Source of the DNA: Histomonas meleagridis 2922-C6/04-290x
Taxonomy: Eukaryota; Protista; Parabasalia
Length of the DNA stretch: 64,000 nucleotides
Reading direction: 5' to 3'
Assembly (NCBI GenBank): GCA_020184695.1
Contig: JAANOX010000156.1
Coordinates: 1-64,000 of the forward strand
A program made the position numbers and the translations under genes. Below the pieces are notes generated by a model that was given only the letters and a program-made list of their open reading frames with translations, searched no databases and was not told where the DNA came from. Shown piece by piece: positions 24,041 to 36,684 of the stretch; positions within the stretch are counted from its first letter, which is position 1; each line of letters begins with the position of its first letter.

Positions 24041-26779
24041 TCAAAAATAATGCTCAGAAAAAGTAATCATATTGAATTTAAAGAAAAGTATTTTGAATGT
24101 TTAATTTGATTATTATATTGAATTTTTTTGGGAGCAAATTCCCACAACAAGCTTCAAGATCGAACCTAATTTTCGTAATCTTAATAATAAAAAGCATTTT
24201 ATACACTTTCTTCTCGAAGCACAACTCAATCCACAAGAATATAGTCAACAAATTTCATTAAAAATAATACAATCATAATAACAAATTTATAAATTTTAAT
24301 CTTTTTAAACTTATAACGAAAATTTAAAATAGTATAGAATAAAGACATAACGTTTTACCATACGAATATCAAAAACATCGTGTTTTTGTGATTCTTCTGC
24401 AGAATGGTTTTCAATTTATAATCCAAGTAACAAACCCTTCTTTATATTAGTCACTAAATTTGTATAAAAATTATTGGATTTGATTTACTTACTATTTAAA
24501 TTATCTTAAATTATGTCTCACTGCAACTTTTTATTTATATTTTATATTATAAAATGGAAATCTTTTCGAAATCATAGAATGATGGATATGTAGAAATTGT
24601 CTGCAATTAACCTAAAAACAAAATCTTGATATGAAAATGTTTTCGTTGTCATAAAATCTTTAAATTTTAATCTCTCAAATTTTCTGATAACTCATTTCAA
24701 TTTTTTGATTGCTTATCTAGGTTTTCAATAAAACCGCTTTGTGGGGTTTAACGCTGTTTAATAAACCACACAATTAAAGATTTTCCTTTTTTTGAACTTC
24801 TACGATCTTTCTAAAATTGTTTTCACAATTTACAATAAACATACTTCTAAACTGTAATTATTGATATAGTAATTGTAAATTTTGGTTGAAATTTCAACAA
24901 ATTCTAGTTTTTGCATTAAAATTATAAGAAAATTCGATAGTGAGTTTAGGCACAGCTTAAGGCTAGCCAATTTTGATTGCTGTATTTTGAGTTATAGATC
25001 TGATCAATTTTCCACATTTTTCATAAATTTTCAAAAATCCTTTGGAATATTAAATCCTTTCAAGTGCTTAAAGTAAGATTTTAAAAATCATCTTGGCTTT
25101 TATTCAATGTTTTGAGAAAAAGCGCTTTTCATACTCAAATCTTCTTGATTTAATTTAAAGAATATTAATACATTTTATATATTCTTTACACGTGTTGGCA
25201 CTTTAATTATAATAATTTTTGTTTTTTTAGTTTATATATATTAAATTTAATATTAAATTACCTAAAATATTTCTAAATTAGGTGAAGTTTTCTACGTCAA
25301 ACGAACTTAGTCAATGAAAGCAATTGCTTTGGCCAAAAAAAAGTGACCAAATTTCAGGCACCCCGGAAAATTAACGTTCTCATGCAAACTAAATTTCTAA
25401 ATTTGCAAAAAAAAGTTAAAAATACAAATAATAATACAAAGACTAAAATTTGCTCCAATATGGAATACCAACTTTCACTAATATGACCAATTATTGTATA
25501 AACATTTTTCATATTTTCTGGGTAAATTTTTTTTTTCTTTTTTACGTTCTTAATGGTATTTTCTTAAGGTAGATTTAATATTTCATTTTAACTACGTTCA
25601 TGATTTTCATTTGTTTATAAATAAAATAGAGTTATTGAAATTGGGAATAAAAATTTTGAAATATATCAAGACAGAAATTATTTCAATTTTTAAGTATATT
25701 AATACTGTTAATAAGATTAAGAATGTCATTGCTAACTGATTGTACTGATTATGACATATGACTTATTTGTATTTTTGTTCGCATTAATTCATTTTTTATA
25801 TTATTGGTTTTTTTTTCTTGATTTTAAATGAACACCTTGATGTCTTCCTTTAGCTTCTTATTTTTATTTTTCATAGTTTCATTTTTAACTTTTAATATTC
25901 TGATTATGATTGTGAATACCATTTCCACATGAATTTCGACATATATATTCATTGACTGTGTTTTCTGAGATTCCTTCATATCTTATATTATATTTTTTGA
26001 GTTCTCTACAGAGTCTTTCTATTATTTTTATAAATTATTATTCGTTTTAGTTTCGAAATCAACAAAATTTTATTAATGATTAACAGTTTCATGCTTGTAA
26101 TCAACGAAAAAGTCATATGCTGTTCTGCAATCGGATTTTTTATTAGGACTATTGCTGTGCCACGCACTATGACATGTCATAGTATTAAAGAAGTGAAATC
26201 ATGATCGGCAATTTGAATCAAAATATCCCGCCATTCATATATTATCATGTTGCACTTGTTGTTATTATACTTACATTTTATTGATGAAGATGCTTATATT
26301 CTATTGATTACTTTTATTATTTATTCAACTCATTCTTAATTTCATTATTTATGCCTTACAACACTTACTTTGTCACACGTCTAATATTTTTATTCATTTA
26401 TAAATTCTATCATTCTTTATTTCCTTCTCATTTTAGAATCAAAGTTGTAAAATTGATTTTTTTACTTACTATGAATCATCATCATTTTTTTAATTTTTAA
26501 ATATTCTATCAATTTTTTAATATATCTGGTGGCTGGATTTTATTATATAATTTCATAATCATTTGGTCTGCTACGCCAAATTTTCCACTTAACTCTACAT
26601 CAAATGTTATGCCCATGGTGGATGGTGAATTATACAGACTGCATTTTCTATGTTTTTTGTCACCTGATGGATTTTTATATCGAAATATCTAATAATTAAT
26701 AATTGTGCAATTTTCAGTCGAATCTTTTTATCGATGAATCTTACGAACTTGAATATTATCTTTTTCTTCTCTTTCTTAT

Positions 26780-28150
26780 TGTTTTAGTTTTTATGTCCTT
26801 TCTTTCTTGGTTCTGCCATAATTATACCATTTTCTACATTAATTGGTAATAAATTTACCGATATCAATTCAGATAAATTATTGATAATTTTATCATACAT
26901 TCCATCACTAGCTATAGATCCAATTTTTGCTAATAGTTTAGATAAAACTAATGTCTTCATGTATCTTTTTTGTGAATCAAATGATATTAAATTTATGTGA
27001 AATTTCATTAGCTATAGAATTATTTATTGGTATATGTACTGTATTAACTAATAATTCAAGAGATTCTTCATTAATATCGAAATTCATTTTGATATTATCA
27101 TCATTAATAATAATCCAATGTATTATAAATTAAGTTTACAGGATATGTTTTAAGCTTTTCGTTAAGTAAAATATCAATAATATATAGACACAGATACCCA
27201 TATTGCGTATCTTAATTACATGTACAATTCACATATTGAAATCAACAATATTTATATCTTCCATATTTTTACAATGCTTAACAATTTCTATATTGTTATT
27301 CGCTTTTACAATTTGAAAATTTTATAGATTTTTGAATATTCTTATATATTTTTAATATACAAGTTTTCGAAACCTTATTTTAGATTTATATTTAGAGGAA
27401 ATTAACAGGATTTTGTTTTTTGGGATCATTATATAAATTATTTCTATATGCTTTTTTATGAGCATTATCAAATTGTTTTCTGAATTCCAATAATGTCAAT
27501 TTTCTTCCATTAGATATATTTTGATTAATTTATTTATTGATTCTGCGACGCTAGACGATTATATCTAGCAGTAAATTTAATCTTTTAAATATGCTTTTGC
27601 AAATGATTCTTTTTCTTCATATAATTTCCTACGATATGATACAAATGTCGAATCTTTTAATGAGAATAATGAATTGAAAGCTTTATCAACTGTTTCCTCA
27701 TTTCTTGAACACCATATTGTATAAAAATTATGCAAAGCAAGATAAAAATTTTTATATTTTTTTTTAATTCTGATATTTTTAGTTCTATATAAAAGTTTTT
27801 AATTTTATGCAATGCACATAGAATATGTTTCGGTTGATGCTTTTACTTTCATATAATCGATTTATATGCTTGATCCTCATCAATAATTATTGTTTTATTT
27901 AAATTTCTATACGATTCAAAAGAAAAAATATATTGGCACAAAAAACTTATTACTTCTTCGGTTTCATTAGCTACAAAAAATAAACCAATCGGAAAACAAG
28001 CCGACTATCATTAATAACACTAACTGGTATTGATAGCCAACCATCAATCAATTCTAATTCTGTGCTATCGAAAAATATAACTTCACCATATTTAAAGAAA
28101 TTAGCTTTTTTGGGAAAAATATACTTAATCACCAGTGGGGACCGTCGCTC
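26780..28150 (-). mobile_element. MULE/FAR1-type transposase pseudogene with SWIM finger
   Basis: Manual translation: YGEVIFFDST, PIGLFFVANETEE, TIIIDEDQAY, HILCALHK, SSSVAESIN, NCTCN-DTQYG-LC. Many stops. Confidence 0.7.
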
Positions 28151-28441
28151 GGAAAAGTGAAAAATAATTGTTCTACTCCACTTCGTTACGTATATACTTG
28201 GGGATGCTTCTGGTATTTATGATGCTTCGATAATTCCTTAAAATTTCAGTATATATCCATAACATATAAATATTAGTATTTATCCATTGTCATGTATATT
28301 AAAATGAATTCATATGTTATGTGTGTTAAAATTTATTCATTCCATAAATTCATAATACTGACTTTATTCATATGTTATTATTTATTTATTATAACTTTAC
28401 AAACTTTTCCTTCCTGCAGATATTGAGCCATTCAAAATTTT

Positions 28442-29404
28442 TAATTCTCATCAAGCCACTTTTTGAAATGAAAAAATTAAAAAAATTAATTTCGTTCACA
28501 ATTTTCAATTCAATTTAAAAATCGCAAAAATTTTATTGTTTATATAGAAAGTGCCTCTGAAATTTCCATACCAGCTCTGTTCATGTCTACTGAAACATAT
28601 CGAGTATATGCAGAACTTTTCCACCTTCCATGGGCTTTTATGATACAATCATTAACATTTTTTAGTGAGGCATAATATGCTGCTCCTCTACGAAAACAAT
28701 GAAATCCATAATTTTGATATTCTTCAACTCCAGTAGTCCTAAGTGCATAAAGAAGATGAGCTCTGAGTGTGGATTGAGTTCGAGATTCTATGTGATCATT
28801 ACTAGAAATTAAGTTCAAATAATTTATAAATCGGAATGGGCTATAATCTGTCTTATTATAATAAATATATGTAAACGTACCATTCCCGAACTGATCTGTT
28901 GTAGAAGTCTGTATGTTTAGTTTTATTAAGTTTTCGCCTTCGATTACAATATCGCTTTTTTTAAGGTTTAGCGCTTCACTTATTCTGAGCAATGCTGCAA
29001 ACATTAACGATATCAAGAATATAAACTTCAAATTATCAATATTTGTTGGTGGAAATTTTTCAATTATTTTCGAAAACCATTTTGGATCAAACGGTAACTT
29101 TGCATTCGGACAAAAACCTGAATATAGTGACCTCCTTATTCCACTCTTAAATATTTTGAATTTTATTAAATGTGTTAATATTTCCAAGTCATTTTGTTGA
29201 AAATAATGTGTAAAACTATTAATGTAAGCTAGTAACGTACAACATTTCATATTCTGATTCTTTTTAAATATAATGAATGCAACCATTTTGTCATGAGTAA
29301 TAGGAAATGGTTCTTCGTGTATTAGATTTAAAAACAATATTAAAAATTGTGAGCGAAATTACTTTTTTTAATTTTTTCATTTCAAAAAGTGTCGATGAGA
29401 ATTA
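28442..29404 (-). mobile_element. 963-bp tyrosine-recombinase cassette bounded by 62-64-bp inverted repeats
   Basis: 28442-28505 and the reverse complement of 29343-29404 match at about 59 of 64 positions; both start TAATTCTCATC and enclose the YR ORF. Confidence 0.75.
28540..29337 (-). pseudogene. DIRS/Crypton-like tyrosine recombinase (YR1), open frame but 5'-truncated
   Basis: PFPIT N-terminal domain, ALLRISE (R), HCFRRG (HxxR), AHGRWKSSAYTRY (W, Y). The catalytic Lys position reads STTDQ instead of SKTDQ. Track start is TTG; first ATG at 29286. Confidence 0.85.
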
Positions 29405-29410
29405 CACATA

Positions 29411-29469
29411 ATAAAGGCAACTTTTTAAGACGATGACCAAAGTTCATCGTCTTAAAAAGTTGCCTTTAT
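29411..29469. repeat. Perfect inverted repeat: 26-bp arms, 7-nt spacer
   Basis: ATAAAGGCAACTTTTTAAGACGATGA-CCAAAGT-TCATCGTCTTAAAAAGTTGCCTTTAT. Confidence 0.97.
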
Positions 29470-29486
29470 CATTTGTGAATTAACAA

Positions 29487-30400
29487 TTATTTATTACTCA
29501 AAAAGTCATTCTGCATTAAACAAACCACAAAAACCATGGTCAGCTTAGGCTCTAACCTCTTTTTCATTTTTTGATCACTTTTTGATAAGAGGTCATCGAA
29601 TTCATATATCTTAGCAATTATTTCTAATTTTTGAGCCCTTCCACTTTTTCTACATTCTTTTCTCACTCTTTGAACACAATTGTGATGGAATCGTGGAAAT
29701 GGAATAGAACATTTAAATTCCAACTTTTTGAATACTATGACACAGTATCATAGGTTTTTTTTTTTTTTTTTTGTTTTTTGTTTTTTAGATAATATATTCC
29801 CTTGTTCGATCAAGTTTTGTACAAAACGACAAGAGAATTGTCTATTTTTGATTCAAATTCCCCAAAAGATCCATACTTGTTTTAAACACCGTCCAACATT
29901 AATTTTCTTCAGCGAATTAAGTTACATCTATTTGAACAATTTCATCAGGATCATTTATAATAGGACATTATAAAGGCAAAACATATGCATCACAAGCATT
30001 TAGAAATAAAGTAAATTAATAAGTCACTGTGTTTCTGTTCACTCCTACTTCTCTGGCAGTATCCTTCCAATTTTGATACCCCCATCAATTTAATAAATGA
30101 AAAATTTTGAAAGTGGTATATTTGCTGAATGAAAAATACTTCTATATAGAATACTTTTTGATTTATGGCATTTTGGGCATATCTATTTTAAAATCTTTTG
30201 AAGAACTCTGAGTACATTTTCATATTTTATTTGCAGTCTTCATATATTATTTGAATGTAGATAATACCCTTTTATATGAGGTAGTACTGCTAATGCAAGA
30301 AATGTCGATGGGAAATGCGCAATTATAACATCTGTCTTGCATTAGCAATATTATTGAAATTCAAAATTATCAAAAATAGTAAATCATCCATTTTTTAGCA
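29487..30400 (-). mobile_element. Merlin (IS1595/ISXO2-like) transposase pseudogene
   Basis: Across frameshifts: ICPKCHKSKSI, TAREVGVNRNTV, EIVQID, NVGRCLKQVWIFWGI, FHHNCV...IYEFD, which is the ISXO2 motif order. Confidence 0.65.
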
Positions 30401-30904
30401 TTACTTGAATCCAAAATCAAATCACTAATACCAACAGAAATAGAGTATGTGTTTTCTATCATAAAATAAAAAAAATTGACTTTAGTCATGAGTACCCATT
30501 GTTACATTATATTCGGAATTACGATAGAAAATTTGAAAACTCTTAACATAAAATTTACAACAGATATTTATATGATCGATATTGTTATGAAAATTGGAAC
30601 CATTATATTGTGAAATGAGTTTTGTATCAAATATTAATTAATAAACAATTTTCAAATTTTAATTTATTTATGTAATTATATTTTATTTCGATATAATTTG
30701 TATTGATTATGGCGCCGTTTTTTTGCATTATTATGAAAGATATTCCACCTTTCCCAATTATTGGAATCGAATAAGCAAACTGTAAAGAATTAAGTGAAGA
30801 TTGGTTTCTATTGTAAATTTTTTATTTCCTTTCTGAAGGTTTCGTACTTTTGCTTTTTGTGCTTTCGTTTTTGGCGACATCAAAAAATGTTAACGGTTAT
30901 GGTT

Positions 30905-31023
30905 GCCACTTTTTGAATTGAGCAAAAATGAAGATTGGAAAAAATTCATATGTAGTCCCTGGTTTCGAAATATTTTTACAATGTGATTGACTTTTCGAAT
31001 TCAAAGTTCACAATTTTCAATTC
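30905..31023 (+). repeat. Third copy of the YR-cassette terminal motifs
   Basis: GCCACTTTTTGAATTGA (16/17 versus 28455-28471) and GTTCACAATTTTCAATTC (18/18 versus 28494-28511), with a longer spacer between them. Confidence 0.6.
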
Positions 31024-31287
31024 TCTCAGATTGAATGCCTCTCAATTTTGATATCAAAACGATAAAGTCTGAATTTATGGTTTTATTTATTGATTTAACG
31101 GTCATCCGAAGAATAAGTCGAAAAAAATTAATTTTATTTATTTTTTATAATTATATACAATATATTTTTTCTGAATTATCATATGAATAAAATCTGTAAA
31201 TACTTCATATTTACTAAGATATTCATATTTTAAAAACTTAATTTTGAATTGATATCTGGCCGGACTAATGCAATTGCTTTTGTTATC

Positions 31288-31400
31288 CATCCCGGCACGA
31301 AATGCGTATACTCAGTGTCGAATATAAGTATCACTCCTCTACCTTCCATGTTTCTTCGTGACACCATTCTGGATCCCATTTTCACTTAGCGAAATTTCAT
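31288..31400 (-). pseudogene. Tyrosine recombinase C-terminal remnant (YR4)
   Basis: SENGIQNGVTKKHGR*RSDTYIRH*VYAFRAGM versus YR1 NVNDCIIKAHGRWKSSAYTRYVSVDMNRAGM. Confidence 0.55.
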
Positions 31401-31577
31401 CAGCTTCGGTAAGGAGTTGTTGGAACACTTTAGTGACTAAAGCTTCCGCTAGAATTGTACCTCCCCAAAGCTAATTTTTGAGCTTCATTCACAAGTGATG
31501 GAAATATTTTCATAATAAAATTTTTAGTGCGCCCACATATATATTTCTGATGATTTTTATTCATATTACATTTCTTT

Positions 31578-32735
31578 TCAGTCATAACCTTCGTTCAGTG
31601 CCCAATCTTTGTTGCTTCTAAACAGCCCCAAAAACGCGTGGTACATCACTCCCATTGCAGAAATGTTTCGGTCGCTTGTTTGCACGAACACAGACACGTT
31701 TGACACCCATTCGTTTTTGGTGAAGTGCATGAACTCATCTCTGCACATCGCGATGTGATGCTGAAGAGATTGCGTTCCTCCTTGGAACACGGAGTAAGTG
31801 ATAAAAACGCTTTTACACGTGAAGCTGATTGCGCACATTCTTGCAAAACGCATCAAAAACTTGAAATGCGTTGAAAGTGCTTTCTGCGCAATTGGATTAG
31901 ATGAGTCATTTTCGATCTCCCTAAGCGGGTTAATTTGTTTCCCGGGCTCAGGCTGCACTTGAGCAACTTTCATTTCGTATTCGTAACAATTAGATAATCC
32001 ACGAGCACTGCATATGTCTTCCCATTCAACGTCAGTACCCTTTTTACTGGCTATAAAATTGATCAGAGAGAGTTCGTCTTTGTATCCAGGCTCATCAGGA
32101 CCACAAAGTTGAACAATTGAATGGCCCCATTCAGATGCAATTACTCGATATGAATCAGGGGAATCAATAGGGACAATAAAGGCTGACCCAAGCCCAAATG
32201 CAACTTGAATGACAGTGGCAGTTTCGCTGGAAAAATATAATGGATATAAAGTTGGCATAACATCCATGGCTGGAGGCTTCCAAAGCGAGACAAAATCATC
32301 TTCAAGACCATAAAATTCATCTGTGGAAATAAGACCGTGACCAAGAGATTGAATTTCATTTATGAAATTGACTTGGCCATTAGCAAGTGCAAGACCATTA
32401 AAGTCACTCCTCTTAAAATGGTTGTCTCCAGTGGCCCACCAATTAGGAATTTCTACAGAATCTTTGGTTATTGGACCTGGAAATGAAAATGTTGTAGCAA
32501 GAATAACAATGTTCTTTTGAGTAAGTAATTTGTCAAATTCTTTGACGTGGTTAAGAATTTCTTCCTTAGTAAATGAGCCTTTTTCTGTTTGAACATAAGA
32601 TATGGATACATCTTGATGTGCTGGATGAATACAAAAAGAAATTCCGTTTTTGCTAACGTGTACACCAAGAGAAGAGGTTTCAAATTCTTCACTTTGGAGA
32701 ATATCTTGTGAATTATTTTTTTGCTCAAAAATCAT
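31578..32735 (-). CDS. Bacterial-type glucokinase family protein, probably catalytically impaired
   Basis: FSFPGPI, ASEWGH and EWEDICSARGL sugar-site motifs are present; phosphate and catalytic motifs are altered (GVHVSKNG, INEIQ, VAFGLG). Confidence 0.85.
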   Translation of the reverse strand: MIFEQKNNSQDILQSEEFETSSLGVHVSKNGISFCIHPAHQDVSISYVQTEKGSFTKEEILNHVKEFDKLLTQKNIVILATTFSFPGPITKDSVEIPNWWATGDNHFKRSDFNGLALANGQVNFINEIQSLGHGLISTDEFYGLEDDFVSLWKPPAMDVMPTLYPLYFSSETATVIQVAFGLGSAFIVPIDSPDSYRVIASEWGHSIVQLCGPDEPGYKDELSLINFIASKKGTDVEWEDICSARGLSNCYEYEMKVAQVQPEPGKQINPLREIENDSSNPIAQKALSTHFKFLMRFARMCAISFTCKSVFITYSVFQGGTQSLQHHIAMCRDEFMHFTKNEWVSNVSVFVQTSDRNISAMGVMYHAFLGLFRSNKDWALNEGYD

Positions 32736-32738
32736 ATT

Positions 32739-32746
32739 GTCACTTT
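32739..32746 (-). promoter_or_regulatory. AAAGTGAC upstream motif (Trichomonas M2-like)
   Basis: 3 nt upstream of the glucokinase-like ATG; the same 8-mer lies upstream of the Ndc1-like gene. Confidence 0.45.
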
Positions 32747-33436
32747 CTAAAACCGTTGATAATGAACGATCAAAATCAACTCAAAAAACAGGTAATGTCA
32801 AAATATGATAGACAGAAATTGAATGTACGATAGGATAATCCAAATCCAAAAAGTGAAACAAATATTACGTCATCCAATATACCAAAAAATCAGATAAAGA
32901 TATTCTAAAAATATACATAATTACACTGATATGTAAATAATTGTTAATACATCTTCATCCGGAAGAAACATTAGGGATATTGAGAACCTTTGTTGTAAAA
33001 ATTACAACAAGAATAATCGAGAAAATTAATTGACGGATTAATATGATGGATGATCAAACTAATCAAATTCTCATGAACTATTAGCGTCATTTATAAACAT
33101 GCACAACAAAAATTTCTTGATCACAATAATATAACAAATCGCGTAAGAGGATTCTAAAAATGGCACCAGTGCTTCACAATTTCGGATATAAAATAAGTTG
33201 GCGTGTTCAAATGCATTAAACCAGAAGACCTGAAATAAAACAATATAGTGATAACGATATAAAATTATTAATAATGAAATTAGAAAGTGGAAAAACAGGA
33301 GTAACACAATATTAACTGATGTAACAGGAGAGTTTTTAGTTCGTCATGTTTATCACAACCTTATTTAAAAAAGAATTGTTTATCGTGAAAAATTGAATGA
33401 CGATAGATTTTTTATCAATTTATCATATGCCCTTAA

Positions 33437-34307
<871 letters not shown>

Positions 34308-34634
34308 TTTGTGACCGACCACGGTCACATCATTTTGAATGGGGTTTTACGGTTGTCCAAAAATTTTTAAACATTGTCTTTAAATGGAAGTTTTTGTCAA
34401 CAACCGTCGCTTCGCGACGGTTGACCGAAAACTTCTAATTTTTCGCACAATCGCTTAAATCTACCAACTTTTTGATGAAGACACTTTATATCAACTTTTC
34501 GATATAATTTTAATAATTTTCTGATAAATTTCGCCATTTCGGATGACACACCAAGATGAAGGCAATACATGAATTGTTTGAACCCAAACATTTTTAAAAA
34601 ATCCACATGTTTCATCCAGCAAAGAAATATAAAA

Positions 34635-36560
34635 TTAAGAATTTAATACATTTACTGGACATCGTGGTGCTGTATGGCTATCAGATCCACATATGCTGCA
34701 CCTATATTGTCTTCGTTTTCTTGGAACCCCAGGATGATCTATATTATTTCGTGAATGTGTTTTGGCTGGACCTGAAATAAGCAAATTTGGCGGTGGCAGA
34801 ATGTATTTATCTTCACCTGAAATATGTTCTATTGTTTGTAGTGTATCTAAGGTTTTGTTAAGTATATCACGAATTTCTAGAGATCTTTTTGCGAAAGTGA
34901 AATATCTTTCGAACTTATTAATGCATGAAGCATATGCTTTAACCAATCATTATTCGCATTTCGATTTCTAGCAATCGTTGTATAGAGTTCATTAAATTTT
35001 GGATAAATGGAACTCCTTCATCTAGTAGGTATATCATCTAATGTAATCAACGGATTAGTTTCAACATTCATTCGGGCTAACAATAAGTGTTTGCATGGAA
35101 GGTTAAATAATAAATGATTTCGACAACATGATTCACTGAACTCTTTGTTAAGAACGCCAATATTAATAAGGTCCATGTATTCCGATAATAATAACGTTAT
35201 AGCAAATGTTCCAATTTATATTATGTTTTTCAATAAATATTTACAATAATATTGTATTATTTTTTTTCTCATTATTACAAATTAAAATTCAGCATTTATT
35301 TGATATTATTATGATATGTTTACTTAATTATTTTGAAACATATTTTATGATTAAATATACATTATCTTTTTATATGTTTTAATTACGGATTTTGCTATAA
35401 AATTCACGTCGTTCATGTTTTTCTCATTATTATTATTTTCGACACTTAATAGTTCAGAAACTTTCATAAAATTTCCTCTCGAATTTAATAAGAATCATTT
35501 AATGTGATATATATCTATATTTTATGAAAAATCATTCTTTAATATTTTGTTCGAAATAATTATTTTCATCGCATGTTTTTCATAAAGTGTAGAACTTTTG
35601 AAGGAGATGACCCAAAATCATATGATGGATGTATTTCAACAAAAAATTATCATCATTCAAGACTTAAGGTTCAAGATTTTCAAAATAAAAATTTGCGCAT
35701 ATTATAGTATGTAAACATGAAAGATCATTAATTCCAAATCTGTTCCAATATATTTCGGTTTACCCGCAATTCATATAACATGTATCACATTGAACTATTG
35801 AAGAATGTTGTGCATCTCTCATTAAATTGCAAAGTGATCTATGAATTTGTTTTCTTGAATCTATCTCGAAATTATTATTAATATCAAAAATTGTTTCTAA
35901 AACAATTTGTGAGCTTCGTTTAATTTTGTAAAATCTGAAAACATTTACATTCATTTTTTTGTGTAAAATTTCGATGTGACTTGAGCATGTTGAGATTCCT
36001 AATGTTTGTCTATACCATTTCGATGATTACTACTTTTTGCAATAAGTTTACCTTTAATATCTGTAAATCAAATATTTTTGCGAATTTCATAATAATTTTT
36101 GAATCGATTTCTTCATTAACAATTAGTTCATTAACATATGCAATAGATTGAACTAAATGAACCTCGTAAAATGATCCCTAAAGGAATCGATGCATTATTG
36201 AATATTAATTGTGGTATTGAATACACGTTAGGACGAAGCATTGATTTGAATATAGAGACTACAATCATTGATATATAAAAATTCTAAAATTCCAGGAGAT
36301 TATCAAATAAAGCATTGAACTGGCTTATTATCATTAACTAATAAATTTTTTATTATATTGTTGTAAGTGGAAAAGGTACTCCACTTTTTGAGGACGATCA
36401 TATTCAATTGAAAAAGTGAAAATGTTAAAATATCCCAAATAATGAAAAAGTGAAGCAAAAATATCGATTAATAATATTTGGTGCTTATTCAACAAATTCA
36501 GCAGCAATTCCTTATCAAGGAGGTACCCAAAATACAAGAAATAATTTCAATATAAATTTT
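34635..36560 (-). mobile_element. MULE/MuDR-type transposase pseudogene with SWIM finger and C-terminal CCHC knuckle
   Basis: LRPNVYSIPQLIFNNASIPLG, SCCRNHLLFNLPCKH...DIPTR*, RCSICGSDSHTAPRCP. Many stops. Confidence 0.7.
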
Positions 36561-36684
36561 GATGGCTTTCATTATTGTTCATAAAAAAAGAATAGACATC
36601 AATGTACATTGAGATGTACTAGATGACTTTGGTAATCAACATGAACTTATTTCAAAAAGGGATATTATCAAATCGAAAGCTTTA

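Noticed and set aside
29437-29447. ATGAACTTTG shared by the hairpin loop and the YR2 start
   Set aside because: Only 10 AT-rich bases; the downstream sequences do not align.
31250-31500. GC-richer stretch as snRNA, RNase P/MRP or SRP RNA
   Set aside because: No diagnostic boxes found; better explained as a YR C-terminal remnant.
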